A stretch of 48,442 nt of DNA, the filler included, from Jimgerdemannia flammicorona (taxonomy: Eukaryota), in the NCBI GenBank assembly GCA_003990765.1. It is 2 parts of 2 records of this genome, joined end to end, with 100 filler letters (N's around TTAATTAATTAA, not from the genome) between each part and the next. Parts side by side here need not be neighbours in the genome. Positions count along the whole stretch, not along the records: positions 1 to 24,176 come from RBNJ01001012.1; positions 24,277 to 48,442 come from RBNJ01001013.1. One strand, given 5' to 3'. Position 1 is the stretch's first letter. Every line of letters begins with the position of its first letter. Of the stretch, positions 22,329 through 34,667 are shown in pieces. A program made the translations under genes and the position numbers. The notes beneath the pieces were generated by a model that saw only the letters and a list, made by a program, of their open reading frames with translations, searched no databases and was not told the origin of the DNA.

Positions 22329-23171
22329 TCACTTCCTTCCCCTTACTGCTCCCGCTCCACCTTTCATCTTAAGTTCACTGTCCTGTAACTCCGACTTTCC
22401 ACTGCTATAATAAGTAAGCATACACTCAAGCTGCCACTTGCGCCAGATCTCCTCGGAAGTGAACCCGAGCGTCTTCCACTCCAGATCTTTCTCCTTCTCC
22501 TTTTCCTTCGTCTCCTCTGCATTGGTTTCCATCTTTGTCTCCGCCTCACCATCTTCTGACTCGGACTCGTATCGCGAAGTCAGCTCGTCGCGGTTGTTCG
22601 TTACGAGTTCGTTCACAATCTGCCCCGCGCGCGTTGCCAAGTTGTCATGCTTCTTGCGGAGGGTGTGCCAATGCGAGAGGCGCTTGCGAAGTATGTCATC
22701 ATCCTCGAGGTTGGTAGCTGTAGCTGACACGGAACCGAGGATGCCGCCGCGGTCATTGGAGGGTTCGCCCAGCTCCTGCTCAATGGATTTACGGGTTTGC
22801 TCTTCCATTCTCTCAATCTCGGGTATAAGCTTTGTGCGCAAGAGGATGCCCAGTACGTGGGTCTCCTGCTCGGTCATGGTGGGGTTATGCGGGTGCAGCA
22901 TGATTTTGGGCAAGGTTGAGCCGCCAGTGCCGGTAGAGGCAGACATATAGCCGTAGAAGTCCTCGGAAAGAGAGGCAAATTTTGCGGTGAGGGTATTGAA
23001 CTTGTTGAGCAGGTCAGGCCAATTGAAAGGGAACTTTGGGTCGTTGAGGTAAAGTAGGTGGGAGGAGAAGGAGTCTTGGAGCGAGTTGAGCTTTGCACGC
23101 AGAACCTCCAACTCAGAAACGGTGTGCGGGTCAAGACGGTTCTGCATTTGACTTTGGATTTGGGAATTCAT
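22329..23171 (-). CDS. MED8: Mediator of RNA polymerase II transcription subunit 8 (single exon, ~280 aa)
   Basis: ELEVLRAKLNSLQDS..FNWPDLLNKFNTL..LHP..LGILLRTKLIPEIE match the Med8 family (WP and LLRTKL.PE). First ATG at 23171. Confidence 0.88.
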   Translation of the reverse strand: MNSQIQSQMQNRLDPHTVSELEVLRAKLNSLQDSFSSHLLYLNDPKFPFNWPDLLNKFNTLTAKFASLSEDFYGYMSASTGTGGSTLPKIMLHPHNPTMTEQETHVLGILLRTKLIPEIERMEEQTRKSIEQELGEPSNDRGGILGSVSATATNLEDDDILRKRLSHWHTLRKKHDNLATRAGQIVNELVTNNRDELTSRYESESEDGEAETKMETNAEETKEKEKEKDLEWKTLGFTSEEIWRKWQLECMLTYYSSGKSELQDSELKMKGGAGAVRGRK

Positions 23172-23312
23172 GGCGAGTGAGATGCGCAACAAAGGAACGA
23201 GTAAGAGGAACTGCAGAAACGAACCGAGCTGTGACTGTCGTCATTGTTTGGGCGTGACGTCATCCAACTTCTTGATTTAATTCCAACAGTCGAACAGTCC
23301 TTGGAACCTAAC
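23172..23312. promoter_or_regulatory. 141-bp bidirectional promoter region with a CRE-type palindrome TGACGTCA (23255-23262)
   Basis: Divergent ATGs at 23171 (minus) and 23313 (plus). Confidence 0.6.
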
Positions 23313-24068
23313 ATGGCTCCTCCAACAATCAAGCAGATCATTTACAGAACCTTCACAAGAAACCATAGCTTGACTCTCAAAGTTGATGCTGTGCGGTATC
23401 TGGAGGACTTGGTGGAAGAAGGCGAAACCCCACCTGACCAAGTTGAAGGCGTGCTCGAGAAGATCGTGACCGCTTACAGGAAGCAGGATGGTATGTAAAC
23501 CTACCTCAATTTTACTGAGTAGCGCCCAATGATTGAAGAACTGACATCATCCTGCATATGCTTTAGTTGATGCCGCCGTCATCGTCGACCGCGCCACCCT
23601 CGAGAAAGCTGTCAATAGCCTCTCGGTTATCCACGCGCCTATCGACACTCCGTTTGCCCGAAACCTGGAAAATGGTGATACGGATGCCATGGAAGAAGAT
23701 GTGGATGCAGTTACTGCTGAGCAACAATTGGATGTCACACGGCATTTTCACGTTATCGACGCGTTCAGTATGCCAAAATGGAGATATACCTATGATCAGA
23801 AAAGCTTTGTCCGGTACGATCGCTGCTTCAAGGATGTGTTTTTATGACTTATTTGTATTAAAATTAACTACCTACTTGTTCTCATGACATCCACCTTATA
23901 TCGATGTGATGATACAGCGTAACAGAAGATCCGAAACTCCTTGCCTCTGCCGCCGCCAAGGGTGATGTTCATCGAGCTCGCTTTGACATGCTCCGACAAC
24001 GGATATTGCGCAACGAGAACTTTTGTCCTCCAGCATTTCAAACCACGGACCGCGACTCTTATTTGAAG
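23313..24068 (+). CDS. DPB2: DNA polymerase epsilon subunit B, 5' part (exons 23313-23490, 23567-23813, 23918-24068), cut off at the gap
   Basis: IIYRTFTRNHSLTLKVDAVRYL, FHVIDAFSMPKWRY, RARFDMLRQRILRNENF; GT-AG introns keep the frame. Confidence 0.9.
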
Positions 24069-24115
24069 GTTGGTCTCTCACCGGCGATACGAATCATTTG
24101 ACTCAGAGATCTGCC

Positions 24116-24176
<61 letters not shown>

Positions 24177-24276
24177 NNNNNNNNNNNNNNNNNNNNNNNN
24201 NNNNNNNNNNNNNNNNNNNNTTAATTAATTAANNNNNNNNNNNNNNNNNNNNNNNNNNNNNNNNNNNNNNNNNNNN
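24177..24276. other. Artificial 100-bp contig linker (N44-TTAATTAATTAA-N44)
   Basis: TTAATTAATTAA stops all six frames and sits centrally in Ns; different, incomplete genes lie on each side. Confidence 0.92.
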
Positions 24277-24299
24277 TTTTTTTTGTTTTGTTCACATAG

Positions 24300-24945
24300 G
24301 CATTGAAAGAAGTGCACAAGAAATTTTATGACTTATACGACTCCAAGAAGAACCAAGAATCGTCTTCGCGAACCGAGGATTCGGTCGATCAGCCGGACGT
24401 GAAGGTATGCATCATGTTTATATCTCTTGGTTGCCGTGTCACTATCAATCCATTTTCATCATCGCCCTGACTCATCCTAACTGGTCGAATCGTCTTTTCG
24501 ACACTCTCGAAATCCATACAACCCCAGGTACTGATCCCTCTCATGAAACGCAATGTTCTCCAAGGTGTCAACATCCTCTTTACGAGCGTCATACCGCTGG
24601 GCCAGGACCCGCGCAAGTCTGAGATTTGGCGGCTGGCGACGCAGTTTGGTGCCGAGTGTTCGCTCGAGCTTTCGAGTAGGGTCACGCATGTGGTCGCGGG
24701 GAAGGTGAGGATCGTCTTGAGGGTTGAGGGAGTGACTGATATTTATTAGGCAAACTTTGGCTGACATTTCTCCCATTGTGTGTATGGTTTCGATTTGTAG
24801 AAAGGTACAGCGAAAGTCAATGCTGCAAGACGGCGGCAAACGATTAATATCGTGCGGACAGAATGGTACGTATGCATGTATTACTATTTCGTTTGGACTG
24901 CGTATTGCGTTGTAATCGTTACTGAAATGCGTGCGTGCGTATGTT

Positions 24946-24977
<32 letters not shown>

Positions 24978-25980
24978 TAAATAATAATAATAATAACAAT
25001 AATCGACGTACATCGTGGTCTTCATATTCCCCATTAATATTTTTTCCGACTCCATGCCTTAATTTCCCAATTTCCCAATCTCCCAATCCCCATAATATCA
25101 ATAGGCTCATCGATTCCATCGCGAAATGGGAACGGCAAGACGAGAAAGGCTACCTCCTTGAAGTCTCATCCGAAACAACACATAACGCTGATGGAAGTGG
25201 TGATCCGTCGACCCCGTTCGCGGCCGACGAAGAGATGGACGAAAACGACATTGCAAACCCGGAGTCGACCGCACCACCGGACCTGGACGATTTCGACCTC
25301 GCGCGCGACGACGATGCGCCGGCCGAGCATCTAAGTGTCAGCCTGGAGGAAGTCGCCGAGAGGACCAGTCATATGGACTGGAATGACGCTGACCGCGAGG
25401 TGGACGAGGCGCTGGCGGAGAGCGGCGTCTCGGATTGGGATGATGATGAAGAGTTGGGCGAAGCGGGGACAGAATCGGAGTCCATGGAGAGTGGGAACGA
25501 CAGGAGGTTTCTATACTGAATTTTGTGTGGTCCTTCGTGTAATCTCACTATTGCATTTCGAATTCAAGATACATGAAAATCTCCATTACTAATATTCATC
25601 TTCACCTTCTCTATCTTCTCAGGGCTCGAGGGCGAAAACGCAAGTCCCAGACCACGCCCCGCCATACAGACATAGACGACGGCGAGCGGGGGTCTGACGG
25701 CGAGAGCGACACAGGCAGCCCGCGCCTGAACGGCTCGCGTCTGTCGAAACGGGTGCGTATCTCGCGATCGCGCAAATCGGGCCTGTCCAAGATGGTGAAG
25801 CTGGACGAGGACGAGGACGAGGACGATAATGATGTCGAGGATGAAGAAGACGAGAACGCCGAGGATGACAGCGGCGACGACGAGGATGATGAGGGCGAGA
25901 GCGCTGGCGCCGCCGAGGAGGAGGATGAGGACGACTTTCTGGAGGCCCTGGCGGGGAAGTTGGACGAGGAGTTGGATTAA
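24300..25980 (+). CDS. FCP1: RNA polymerase II CTD phosphatase Fcp1, 3' part with BRCT domain and acidic tail (exons 24300-24404, 24528-24704, 24801-24865, 25105-25506, 25623-25980)
   Basis: LKEVHKKFY..PDVK|VLIPLMKRNVLQGVNILFTSVIP..IWRLATQFGAEC..VTHVVAGK|KGTAKVNAA..IVRTEW|LIDSIAKWERQDE..MDWNDADREVDEAL; frame-consistent GT-AG introns. Confidence 0.92.
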
Positions 25981-28900
25981 GCGATGGGATGATGTGTCAC
26001 TTCACGCGTTGGGTTGCTTGAACATTACTGGTGATTGATAAGATTATCACTTGTGAGAGGGGGGTTGGGCCTTTTTTTCGGGGGGGGGGAATCCTGTGAG
26101 ATGTAATTATTGTCATTCATCATGTATGTAAAGTTTGTTGGGGATTTTCTCTTGTACATTTTCTTTTTGTTATGTAATGAGGTGACCAGTTGCACAAATC
26201 ATCATTTGTTTATTTTTGAATGGCAGATTTACATAGCTTTTTCGCCATGCATAGATTTGAGGGATTCAGTGAATGTCATGTTGAATAATAATTTTCTTGC
26301 TCGATTTCTCGCATTGTGCATTGTCCTCATGTCAACAGCGTGTTTGCTCGTCCTCACAATCAATATCGCTGCAAGGCATCCCCCCTTCTCAATCGCCACA
26401 GGTGTTGCATCGGCGTACTCCTACTTGCGGGCTGGATGGTATCGGTGAGGTTGGCGAAAGCATTGTGGCGGACGCGGCAGGGCATGGAAGTGGGTGAGTT
26501 ATGCAAGTTGTGTTGACTTGTTTCGAGCGGAGTTCGTGAATTAGCTTTTGACGGGAAGTTACAACGTCGCCCTTCATGCACACACACACACACACGCACA
26601 TACCCTATCCTACTCAAAGACTCGTGCTTTGATACCTCGCCTATCTCTTCCTTCTAACCTCCACCATAAGCGTGTCACCTGAAAACCTCTCCCGTCCGCG
26701 CAGAGTCGATGTCGATCTCTCGGTTGGTGCGAGGTTGGGCGGTGAGGAAGGGTAAGAGAAAAGGGGATTGTGAAGAGGTTGGGGAGATTGTTTGGCAGTG
26801 CAATGAGAAAAGGGAAGGGACGTAATATAGAGTCAGCTCACGGCTCGAACGGGATCGGTTTTCAATAAACGTAATTTCATCAACGCCATTTATCACCCGC
26901 AGTTTCGCCCCATGATTCATGTAATGCGCAAAATCCCAAAAACCCGCTTTCTAGGAAATATACGTTCAGTTCTGCGTGGCTGAAGTATTCCGTACAATGG
27001 CATAACCGCTCACTGCTGGTTAGAGCAGCTATGTGTATGTAGGTCATTTCATCCCTGCTCTCAAATCTCGATCTGATGAGCACTCCGCTAAATGGTCTCT
27101 GGGGATGGTTCCAAAGGCCATGAGAGAGCGGTGCCACCTTTATTTTCCTGAAAAAGGCAACGACTTAGTTCTAGCCTCCTCTGTCCTTAATGCATCACGT
27201 GACATATATACAGGAAGTACAAACAAACCACTCTTCGCACCATGCCAAGAACCACCAAGTACACACAGACATATCTGAACACCGCACCCCCTTTTGTGTC
27301 CTACCTCTATCTGTCGTGGGACACCATTGACATAAAGACGAAGGGCTACGCCGCAAAACATAAGATTCCTCCAATGGCACCTTACCGACCCTGCCTCCCC
27401 CCTCGTCGCCCTCTTCACTCCAGAATGGACCGCCAAGGCCGCCGAAACGATCCAAGCGCTCTCGAAAAAGACATGGAACTTCCTAAGGCCATTTCCACAA
27501 AATCTTGACTTCACCAACTGCCTCCCTCCGGACCTCCCTCCGGACCTCCAGCCGCAACAGAACCGGCATATGACGGACGGACGCTCTGTCGGCGATTTCC
27601 ATCATGCTCATTCTCTCCGACATTCCTACACAGGATCCAAATAATCCCGCGATGCTGTTTATAATGGCGTACGATATAATGGATATGGTGCGGTTGGGGC
27701 CCTATAACGGGAAGGAAGCGGCCTTGCCCGAGCGCGAAGGCGAAAATTTTATGAATTGAGTCGGGATGTCTCGAAAAAGCCATTGATGGTGTGGAAGAAG
27801 AATGTAATGGTAACGGAAGCGGAGGGTTCGGGAGTGTGTCCCCGGGATTTCCCGCCATTCTTTATGCCTTGCTGCGAAAGATGCGCGAGGCGAACACGAC
27901 GACAGATTTGATACCTATGTTGCTCTGGTGCCGACTTGTAAATGGAACCTGGTAAGCTATCATTTACATTGCATGTATATATATATGTTGTTTTAACTCC
28001 TCTTGCCTTATCATCGTCTCATTCCTTCCGGACCTCTTACGACCTCCCACAGGCATAACATCGCAACTGAACCTCCTCGAGCCACACCTCATCCAGACAC
28101 TCGATCACTGTACAGCAGAGCTGTACCGTCTAGCCACCGAGCACCCGGCTGGGCCCATCGGCGCGAGCTTGTCCTGTAGTACGACCGGCTGATTCACGAG
28201 CAGTGGTGTCGGACACCGATGCTCTTCTTCTGTATAGCCCCGCCCCGATAACGGCATTGAAGGCCATCGGGCGCGCCCTAAGAGCGCGCATAAACACGTC
28301 CAGCCCCAAGTCGAAGACCTTGTGGACGGGGTATTAAGGCACGGTTCTTTGAAGCCCAAGGTCGAGTTCGAGACGTGGAAGCCTTGGAGGATTGAAGAAG
28401 CAGCAGAGTGGCTCGAGGGGGTGACTGGGTGAGTTACGGAACGGTGGCCCGCGGGAACGGTAATGGTGGTGAGCGGTGGAATAATGGCGGGGAGTATGTG
28501 CAGTGGGTTCTCCAGTCAAACGCGTCGAACGGTAGCTGGAGGCAACCTTGTCAAATGCGATGGTGGTGATGCTTAAATACCTTGGATGTTTGAATCATTC
28601 CTATCACGACGAAGATGGTTAACTGGGGGCTTATTGGAGGTGAATATACTTTTTTTTTTTTTTTTCAATTAAATATTCTAGCTGCAAGGGATTGAGTTCT
28701 CGGATTCTTAATAGCACGTTCGAAGAATACTAACAGTTGGGTGGGGTTGACGTAATCACATTGACACAAACCACCACTCAGAACATATAAAACCCCCCTC
28801 TGCTGAAGCAATGGTCCTCTTCAACCGTTTCCTTTTCTATGATGTTTTGGTGTTGATTTTCGTTTTTTTCGAATATTATTCGACGATATTAACCCAGTTC

Positions 28901-30174
28901 CCGCACCACTTTCCAAAGACGGTTGCCAGTTTGCGGCATGTGACCGCAAGTTACTATATCAACTAGAGGTGGCGTAATAATTCTTCACAGTGACTCAGTG
29001 CACGACAGGAATTTGTCAAGCGCGGGCTGATTTGATGTCGTTGGGGGAAGCGAAGAGTGTGGTGGAGTAGGAAGGGTTAGGAGCCATATGGTCTATATTG
29101 CACAGTTGTAAAAATGAGTCGGCGTTTGTGGACGTTGCAGAATCTGAAAGGCTGGAGGTTCCGGATCAGGCCCCGGAATCGCGTGGTCTCTTTCAAGGAA
29201 ATAAATCTGTTCTGTTCCGTAGTACCAACGTGCTCGGGTCGCTCTCCGTGACGCATTCAAATCCGTTCAACGTGACGCGCTCCACGAAATGGATATTGCG
29301 GAAGAGGCCTCCGAGTGAATTGGTGGCGGGGAGGGGCGAGTCTTTTAAGACCTTCTAAATGTCAGGGAGAGCCGGCGACGGGAAACGAGCAGACAATTGA
29401 ACAGCCTGCAAAGGTCGTGAATATCAAAAATTTGATACAAGGGATACCAAAGACGAGCTTTTTGCAAACACCTTGACAAAGCCTATGCCATACTGCAAGA
29501 TTTATTTCGGAAATGCAGAATCCAACATGCCCATCATCCCGGAACAAACCATCGCGCGCCGCAGCATATCCTCGGACCCCTTCGCTTGGATCTCGAGCCC
29601 AACTTAACGCCAAGAACTATCTCTGCAAATCGTGCTCATCCCCCCCCCCCCCCCCCCCCCCACGACGATGACGATCCGTCCCTCTGTGTCTTCCATGTCC
29701 TTAACCCCGAATGCTCGGCAATCTCCCCCCGCTGGTATGAGTGCTCCAGCTTACCCACGGTCGCCGAAGATGAGATTTGCGTTAGGTCAGCCGAGATTAT
29801 GGAACCTGGACCCAGGTACCAGGAACTAGGAACGTGGCTTGGTTATGATGTCATCACAATCAAGACCGACGTTCGCAACCGGGAAAGCTACAACGCTCAT
29901 ATCTGCATGTCAATCTTACCAACGTATCGTCCTCGAAACATGTTTCATCGAGTATAAATACATATATTCTTATGACGCACCGTGATTGAGATGTCTCCTA
30001 CAGTTGATCGGAGTATGGTGGTCGAAAAATAAAGCGCATCGATTTTGATGCGCATATATAAATATATATGAAAGGATGTACAGTTAAAAAGCAAAAATTC
30101 GCTATGTATTGTATATTACAAGTTTGTTGTGAGCCTCCAGTAATGTCTTGCTCCCCGTCCCTAAAATTCTCGGA

Positions 30175-30672
30175 TCATTCCATCGGGTTCGTCTTCCCTG
30201 TCTGTCTCCCCGCCTCCGAGATATGATAATGGACCCTACACGCCTGCCCCACAAACCCCGTCCTGGGCGACTTGGGCGATAGCGACTCGCCGTACACCTG
30301 CTGCTTTTTGCACATGCACTCATCCTCGTGGAGCGAGGAGTATCCCATGCTACGCTTCGTCAAGCCGATTTTGCTCTTCAGCCGCTCGGTGACGACATGC
30401 AGAGTGCTGCTGAACGCGGACCGATTCTTCCGCCCGCGGCCCGCAAGGTCGAGTGAGTGGCGTTTGCGGAGGTTGGGCTTCCACGTCGAGGTGTCGGTCG
30501 TCGTGTCAGCGGGGCCAGCGGCGTTTCTGAAGTACTCATCGTCGAGCGAGACGGACATTCCTGTTCTATGTTTTTTGTGGCCGGCGACAGGGTCGTTTGG
30601 GGGGTCGCTTGGGGGATCGTATGGTGGGGAGTTGAAATTGGGGACTGATGTGCTGGCGTGGAGATGGAGCAT
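30175..30672 (-). CDS. Hypothetical protein (165 aa, largely disordered)
   Basis: GC-rich ORF with coding-like composition, flanked by an AT-rich 3' region; no family recognised. Confidence 0.5.
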   Translation of the reverse strand: MLHLHASTSVPNFNSPPYDPPSDPPNDPVAGHKKHRTGMSVSLDDEYFRNAAGPADTTTDTSTWKPNLRKRHSLDLAGRGRKNRSAFSSTLHVVTERLKSKIGLTKRSMGYSSLHEDECMCKKQQVYGESLSPKSPRTGFVGQACRVHYHISEAGRQTGKTNPME

Positions 30673-31912
30673 TGCGTGTAGTGCACTTATGGTAAGGCTA
30701 GATTGGGCTATCGGAAAGAAGGGTACGTTGGGGGAGTGAAAAAGGGGGAATGAATAAGGGGGTCGACATTGAAAGCCGGTCCGTGCGGCAAGGATGTCTC
30801 CTTGGTTGAGTTTTCCGGACCTATCGGATGGTCATTTACAAGATCGTCGTCAGGTGCTTACGCGATAACGATCGTTTCGGGCAATGCGCAGTAAGCCCAT
30901 TTCCGACTTGGACCACGGATCTCATAAAACGCAGGATTTCCACACACACACCGACACACGCGGCCGCGACCGCACGCCGCGAATCCGCCATACATCGGTT
31001 CTGCATGACGACAAAACGGTCTTGGCTGCACATCGATAGAATTCGCGGAAAGTCCCACGGTGTGCAGGTCTGGCGCCGCAAAAGGATAGAGCAGGAGCCT
31101 GCGAGGTATAGGGGCACCCGTTTTGGCTGTGCATCCGACATGACAGCTACCGTATTTTGAACCCAAACCGGTCGTCGGCCCTATTTCGTGCCTTCCGCCG
31201 CCGCGTTCGAGATAACCCGCGCGATGTTCGTGACCTCAGTTCGTAAAAGTCATCGCATGAATCTGTTGATCTTCAACTAGGATCTTCCTCCACGTCGCCC
31301 TCGAACCGGTTGAAGCGTGGCTTACAGGGTTGCTTTTGTGCAAGCCATCGAGCTAGCAGTGCGAAGTCGTTCGCCAAAGCGGGTCGAGACGCATGGGGAA
31401 ATTCGGTGCCAATCATACGTGGGCTACCCCGCCATTGGCCGATCAACGCTGACTTTGATGTTTGCCGATATTACAGGACCTCATATGCGAGCCACCGTCA
31501 GCATAACAACATTCTGAGCTTGGAATAAAGTTTTTACACAGAAAAAAAAAAAAAAAGTCAAGAACAACCAACATACAGAAAAAAGAAATCGCTAGACTTA
31601 TTATTAGACTCATTAGAAGGCAGTCTTACGTATGTACAAAAAAAAAAAAGGTTATCTAATGCCCGTGAAAATGAAGAGGGAGATCCCGTGAACAGATTAT
31701 AATCATACAAGTGAACTCGGACAACGGCTCCACTCCTCAAAGTATACGATACGACGTTGCCATTGCGTCAGCTGCAATTTCAATCCGCCCGAAAACGAAG
31801 GCGAGCATGCGTTACTCGATATCTACATACTGGATAAAAATAAAAGGATAATGAGTGGGCAAATCCTCCGTGCTAGATTGCGCATTCTGTGATTCCCTTA
31901 CGACTCAACCAA

Positions 31913-33542
31913 TCATGCACTCCGTATCCCCTACAGATTCCATCCCATTGGGCAAGACAACACCTCCATGCGCCAAAACCCACCTTGCCCGCATCCTCCT
32001 CCTCATCGTCCTCCCATGTATCCTTAACCCTCTTCACCTTCCTCGCCAGGACACTATTGGGCGCGAGTTCGTTCATTGTCAGGATCTTGTCGCAGCCTGC
32101 GATGTATTAGTGGCAACGCATCAGTGGTGCTTACTGTCTTAGTCAACAACTCGATTAAGGTCAAGGACGCTCGAAGAAAAAACCCACCCGACTCAGGACA
32201 CCCGATGTGTCCCCCGTTCTGGCCGATCATTTGCGTCACGGCGTCCCTGGAGAAGGAGTGCTTGCAGATTTTGCTGCGTTGCGGCATTTACGTCAACATT
32301 AGCAAATCAATATAAAATCGGGTCGCACCATTGCCCCCTATTCCCATGCTCCTCTGCCTCCCCCTCCGTCTCGACCCTTCTTGGTTCCCTAGTTCCTCAT
32401 CCATACTATATCTAACCAATTCAAGGAACAACACCATATGTCCACCTAACGCACCTCGTCACCGGATTCACAAGTAAAGTCTGAGTAATCGGGCACTTGA
32501 GCGACACCCTCTGCGTTCCGATGACGAGGTCGTCATCAACAGGCCGAGGGTTCAGAGGAGGCATCTCCTGGTCGGGATGGTGGACCTCCTATCAGGGGAG
32601 AGAGGAATGGAGACTCGCTGAGCGAAAGTTCAAGCGAATAGAGAAGGAGCGACGTGCTCTTCGCAGAGTGTCCATAAACACTGTGGTTTTCCCATGCACC
32701 ATGAATGCGAGGTCATGAGATTGGGTGTTTGACTGGCATACGTACCCAAACCTTTTGCTTGAAATCGACGAACGCTTCGTTCCCGAAATATTTCGCGGCC
32801 TCCGGCTGGTTTTCGTACTCGTCGGTCGCGCGCTGGACGGCTGTTTGGTACTCAGCGACCAGGTTTTTCTATTCAAGGTAAATGAATATCAAGAGGGTAC
32901 AAGAAACCGAGCGCTAAAGTTCAGCATTACGATGGGGTTAACAAATAGATAGTAATAATAATATATATAAAGGTGGGGCAATATATGATTAGATTCAATC
33001 GCAAAAACGCACAATTTTTTCGCCGCCCTTAATCCGGTCACGCAGGTTTTCCATAGCCGCCTTTTCAATCTTGAGGCGGTTTTCGAGGTCGATGTAGGTA
33101 CGGATGCTGAATTCGATTTTTTCGACCTAATTATGTTCACAAAAGCGATTAAATACCATTTTTCTGTACAGCTACCAATAATAGCCTGTTCAACGCCACC
33201 CACACATCCACTCACACATCCACCCATCCATCCACCACCATCCACCCACTCATCCACCCACTCACCCATCCACCCACCCATCCACCCACCCACCTGCTCG
33301 GCCTCCTGCACCTCCTCGAGCTCGCACGCAGTTTCTGTACCGCGCTGCATACCGTGGGTGATAGAGTCGAGCACTTTGTCGAAATCGCCGACCAGGTTGT
33401 TGAGTTTGACTGCGCAGACGGGCTCGATGTGGAAGTTCTCGAAGGGATCTTCATCGACTTCGGCTTCGGAGAGTGGGTCTGGACCTGGTGAGTGTTCTAT
33501 CGGAGGAGGCGGTGCGCGAGACGAAGAGGCGATCGGAGCCAT
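31913..33542 (-). CDS. NSE2: SUMO E3 ligase Nse2/Mms21 of the Smc5/6 complex (exons 33542-33294, 33126-33013, 32868-32746, 32588-32455, 32273-32188, 32096-~31984, possible last exon 31930-31913)
   Basis: FVDFKQKVWEVHHPD..DDDLVIGTQRVSLKCPITQTLLVNPVTSKICKHSFSRDAV..CPESGCDK is an SP-RING with the Nse2 context. The last exon is uncertain. Confidence 0.9.
33196..33293. repeat. Intronic (CCA(C/T))n-like microsatellite in NSE2 intron 1
   Basis: Directly visible. Confidence 0.85.
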
Positions 33543-33644
33543 GGTGTCGAGGTGGTCAGAGAATCTGGTTTCCTGGCCTTTGTTGCGCGCCGGTGGCTGA
33601 GATGAAATGTGGTGGGCATGGTGACGCAATTTGGGGACATTGAT

Positions 33645-33722
33645 ATATATATATTTTATATATTTTATATTTTATATATTTTATATTTTATATATTTTAT
33701 ATATTTTATATTTTTTTTTATA
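33645..33722. repeat. (TATATTT/TATATATTT)n AT-only tandem repeat upstream of NSE2
   Basis: Directly visible. Confidence 0.85.
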
Positions 33723-34667
33723 TCTGAGAGCCAGAACCCAGCTGAGAGCTATATATACGCGTTGGAGAGAGTACCAGGTTGAACAAATAGGGGTTGGTGG
33801 TAATTATAGGGAATCGTCATTGATCGAGGGTCACGTCGCGGCCCTTGCTTCACAAACTACGTCGACAGTTTTTAACTTCGTCGACAGTAATTGTGTAATT
33901 ATAATACAGTATAGCCGCTATAAATGATCTTTCACGTGGCAGTGCTATTGAACAAAGAGCAGACCTATAGCATGAACAGATTCTATTTACCAATCACTCC
34001 TTCTCTAATGGAGATATGCTCAAGGCTGCAGCTGAGGATATTGATCAGATGTAGGTAATTTTATTTATGCAGTCTTATTCATTATATTTGTTATTTATTA
34101 TATTTCTAACCAAGACTCATACCTTTTTTAAAATTAAAGATGGCGACCACATGCTAGCCCTAATGATGTCCATTGACCATTGATGGCCAGTGCATGTGAT
34201 CCTTTCACAAACAAACCCTAATATATATATACTTAATGGCAAACGATGCGCTTTGCTTGATACGGCTTTGGCTTTTTTTTAGCTCTGCCAAACAATAGTG
34301 AAAACTATTGTTGTATAGTGTTTGCCACGGTTAGCCGATTCAATGAAACTATATAACCTAATAGGTAGGTAATTTTTTATGGTACAAGTATTAAACCTAT
34401 CCACATATTTTCTATAGTCTACCTGGCCTGTAGTATAAAATGTGCATAATAAAGTATGTAATTTACGTAAAAGCCAGAGGTATTAAAAAAATAAAAAAAA
34501 ATAAAAAGACGGAAAAACAGCGCACATGACATATACATATCACAAGTTAGAAGAATCCCTGTGTGCCTGGGTCGTTCAAATATAATGCCAAATAACTTAC
34601 TTCCCCGTCAAACCAAAAAAGAAAATGGAGCCAAAGCAAAACCTTTCAATCTGCCTATTGTCATTCC

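Noticed and set aside
22329..25980. MED8-DPB2-FCP1 as a functional cluster or a DPB2-FCP1 fusion
   Set aside because: A synthetic linker separates DPB2 and FCP1, so adjacency is unproven and both genes are partial.
30034..30053. GCGCATC-N6-GATGCGC hairpin as a terminator
   Set aside because: A 7-bp stem in eukaryotic intergenic DNA is expected by chance.
32889..33629. 246-aa ORF with GGW repeats
   Set aside because: Read-through of NSE2 exon 1 into an intronic microsatellite.
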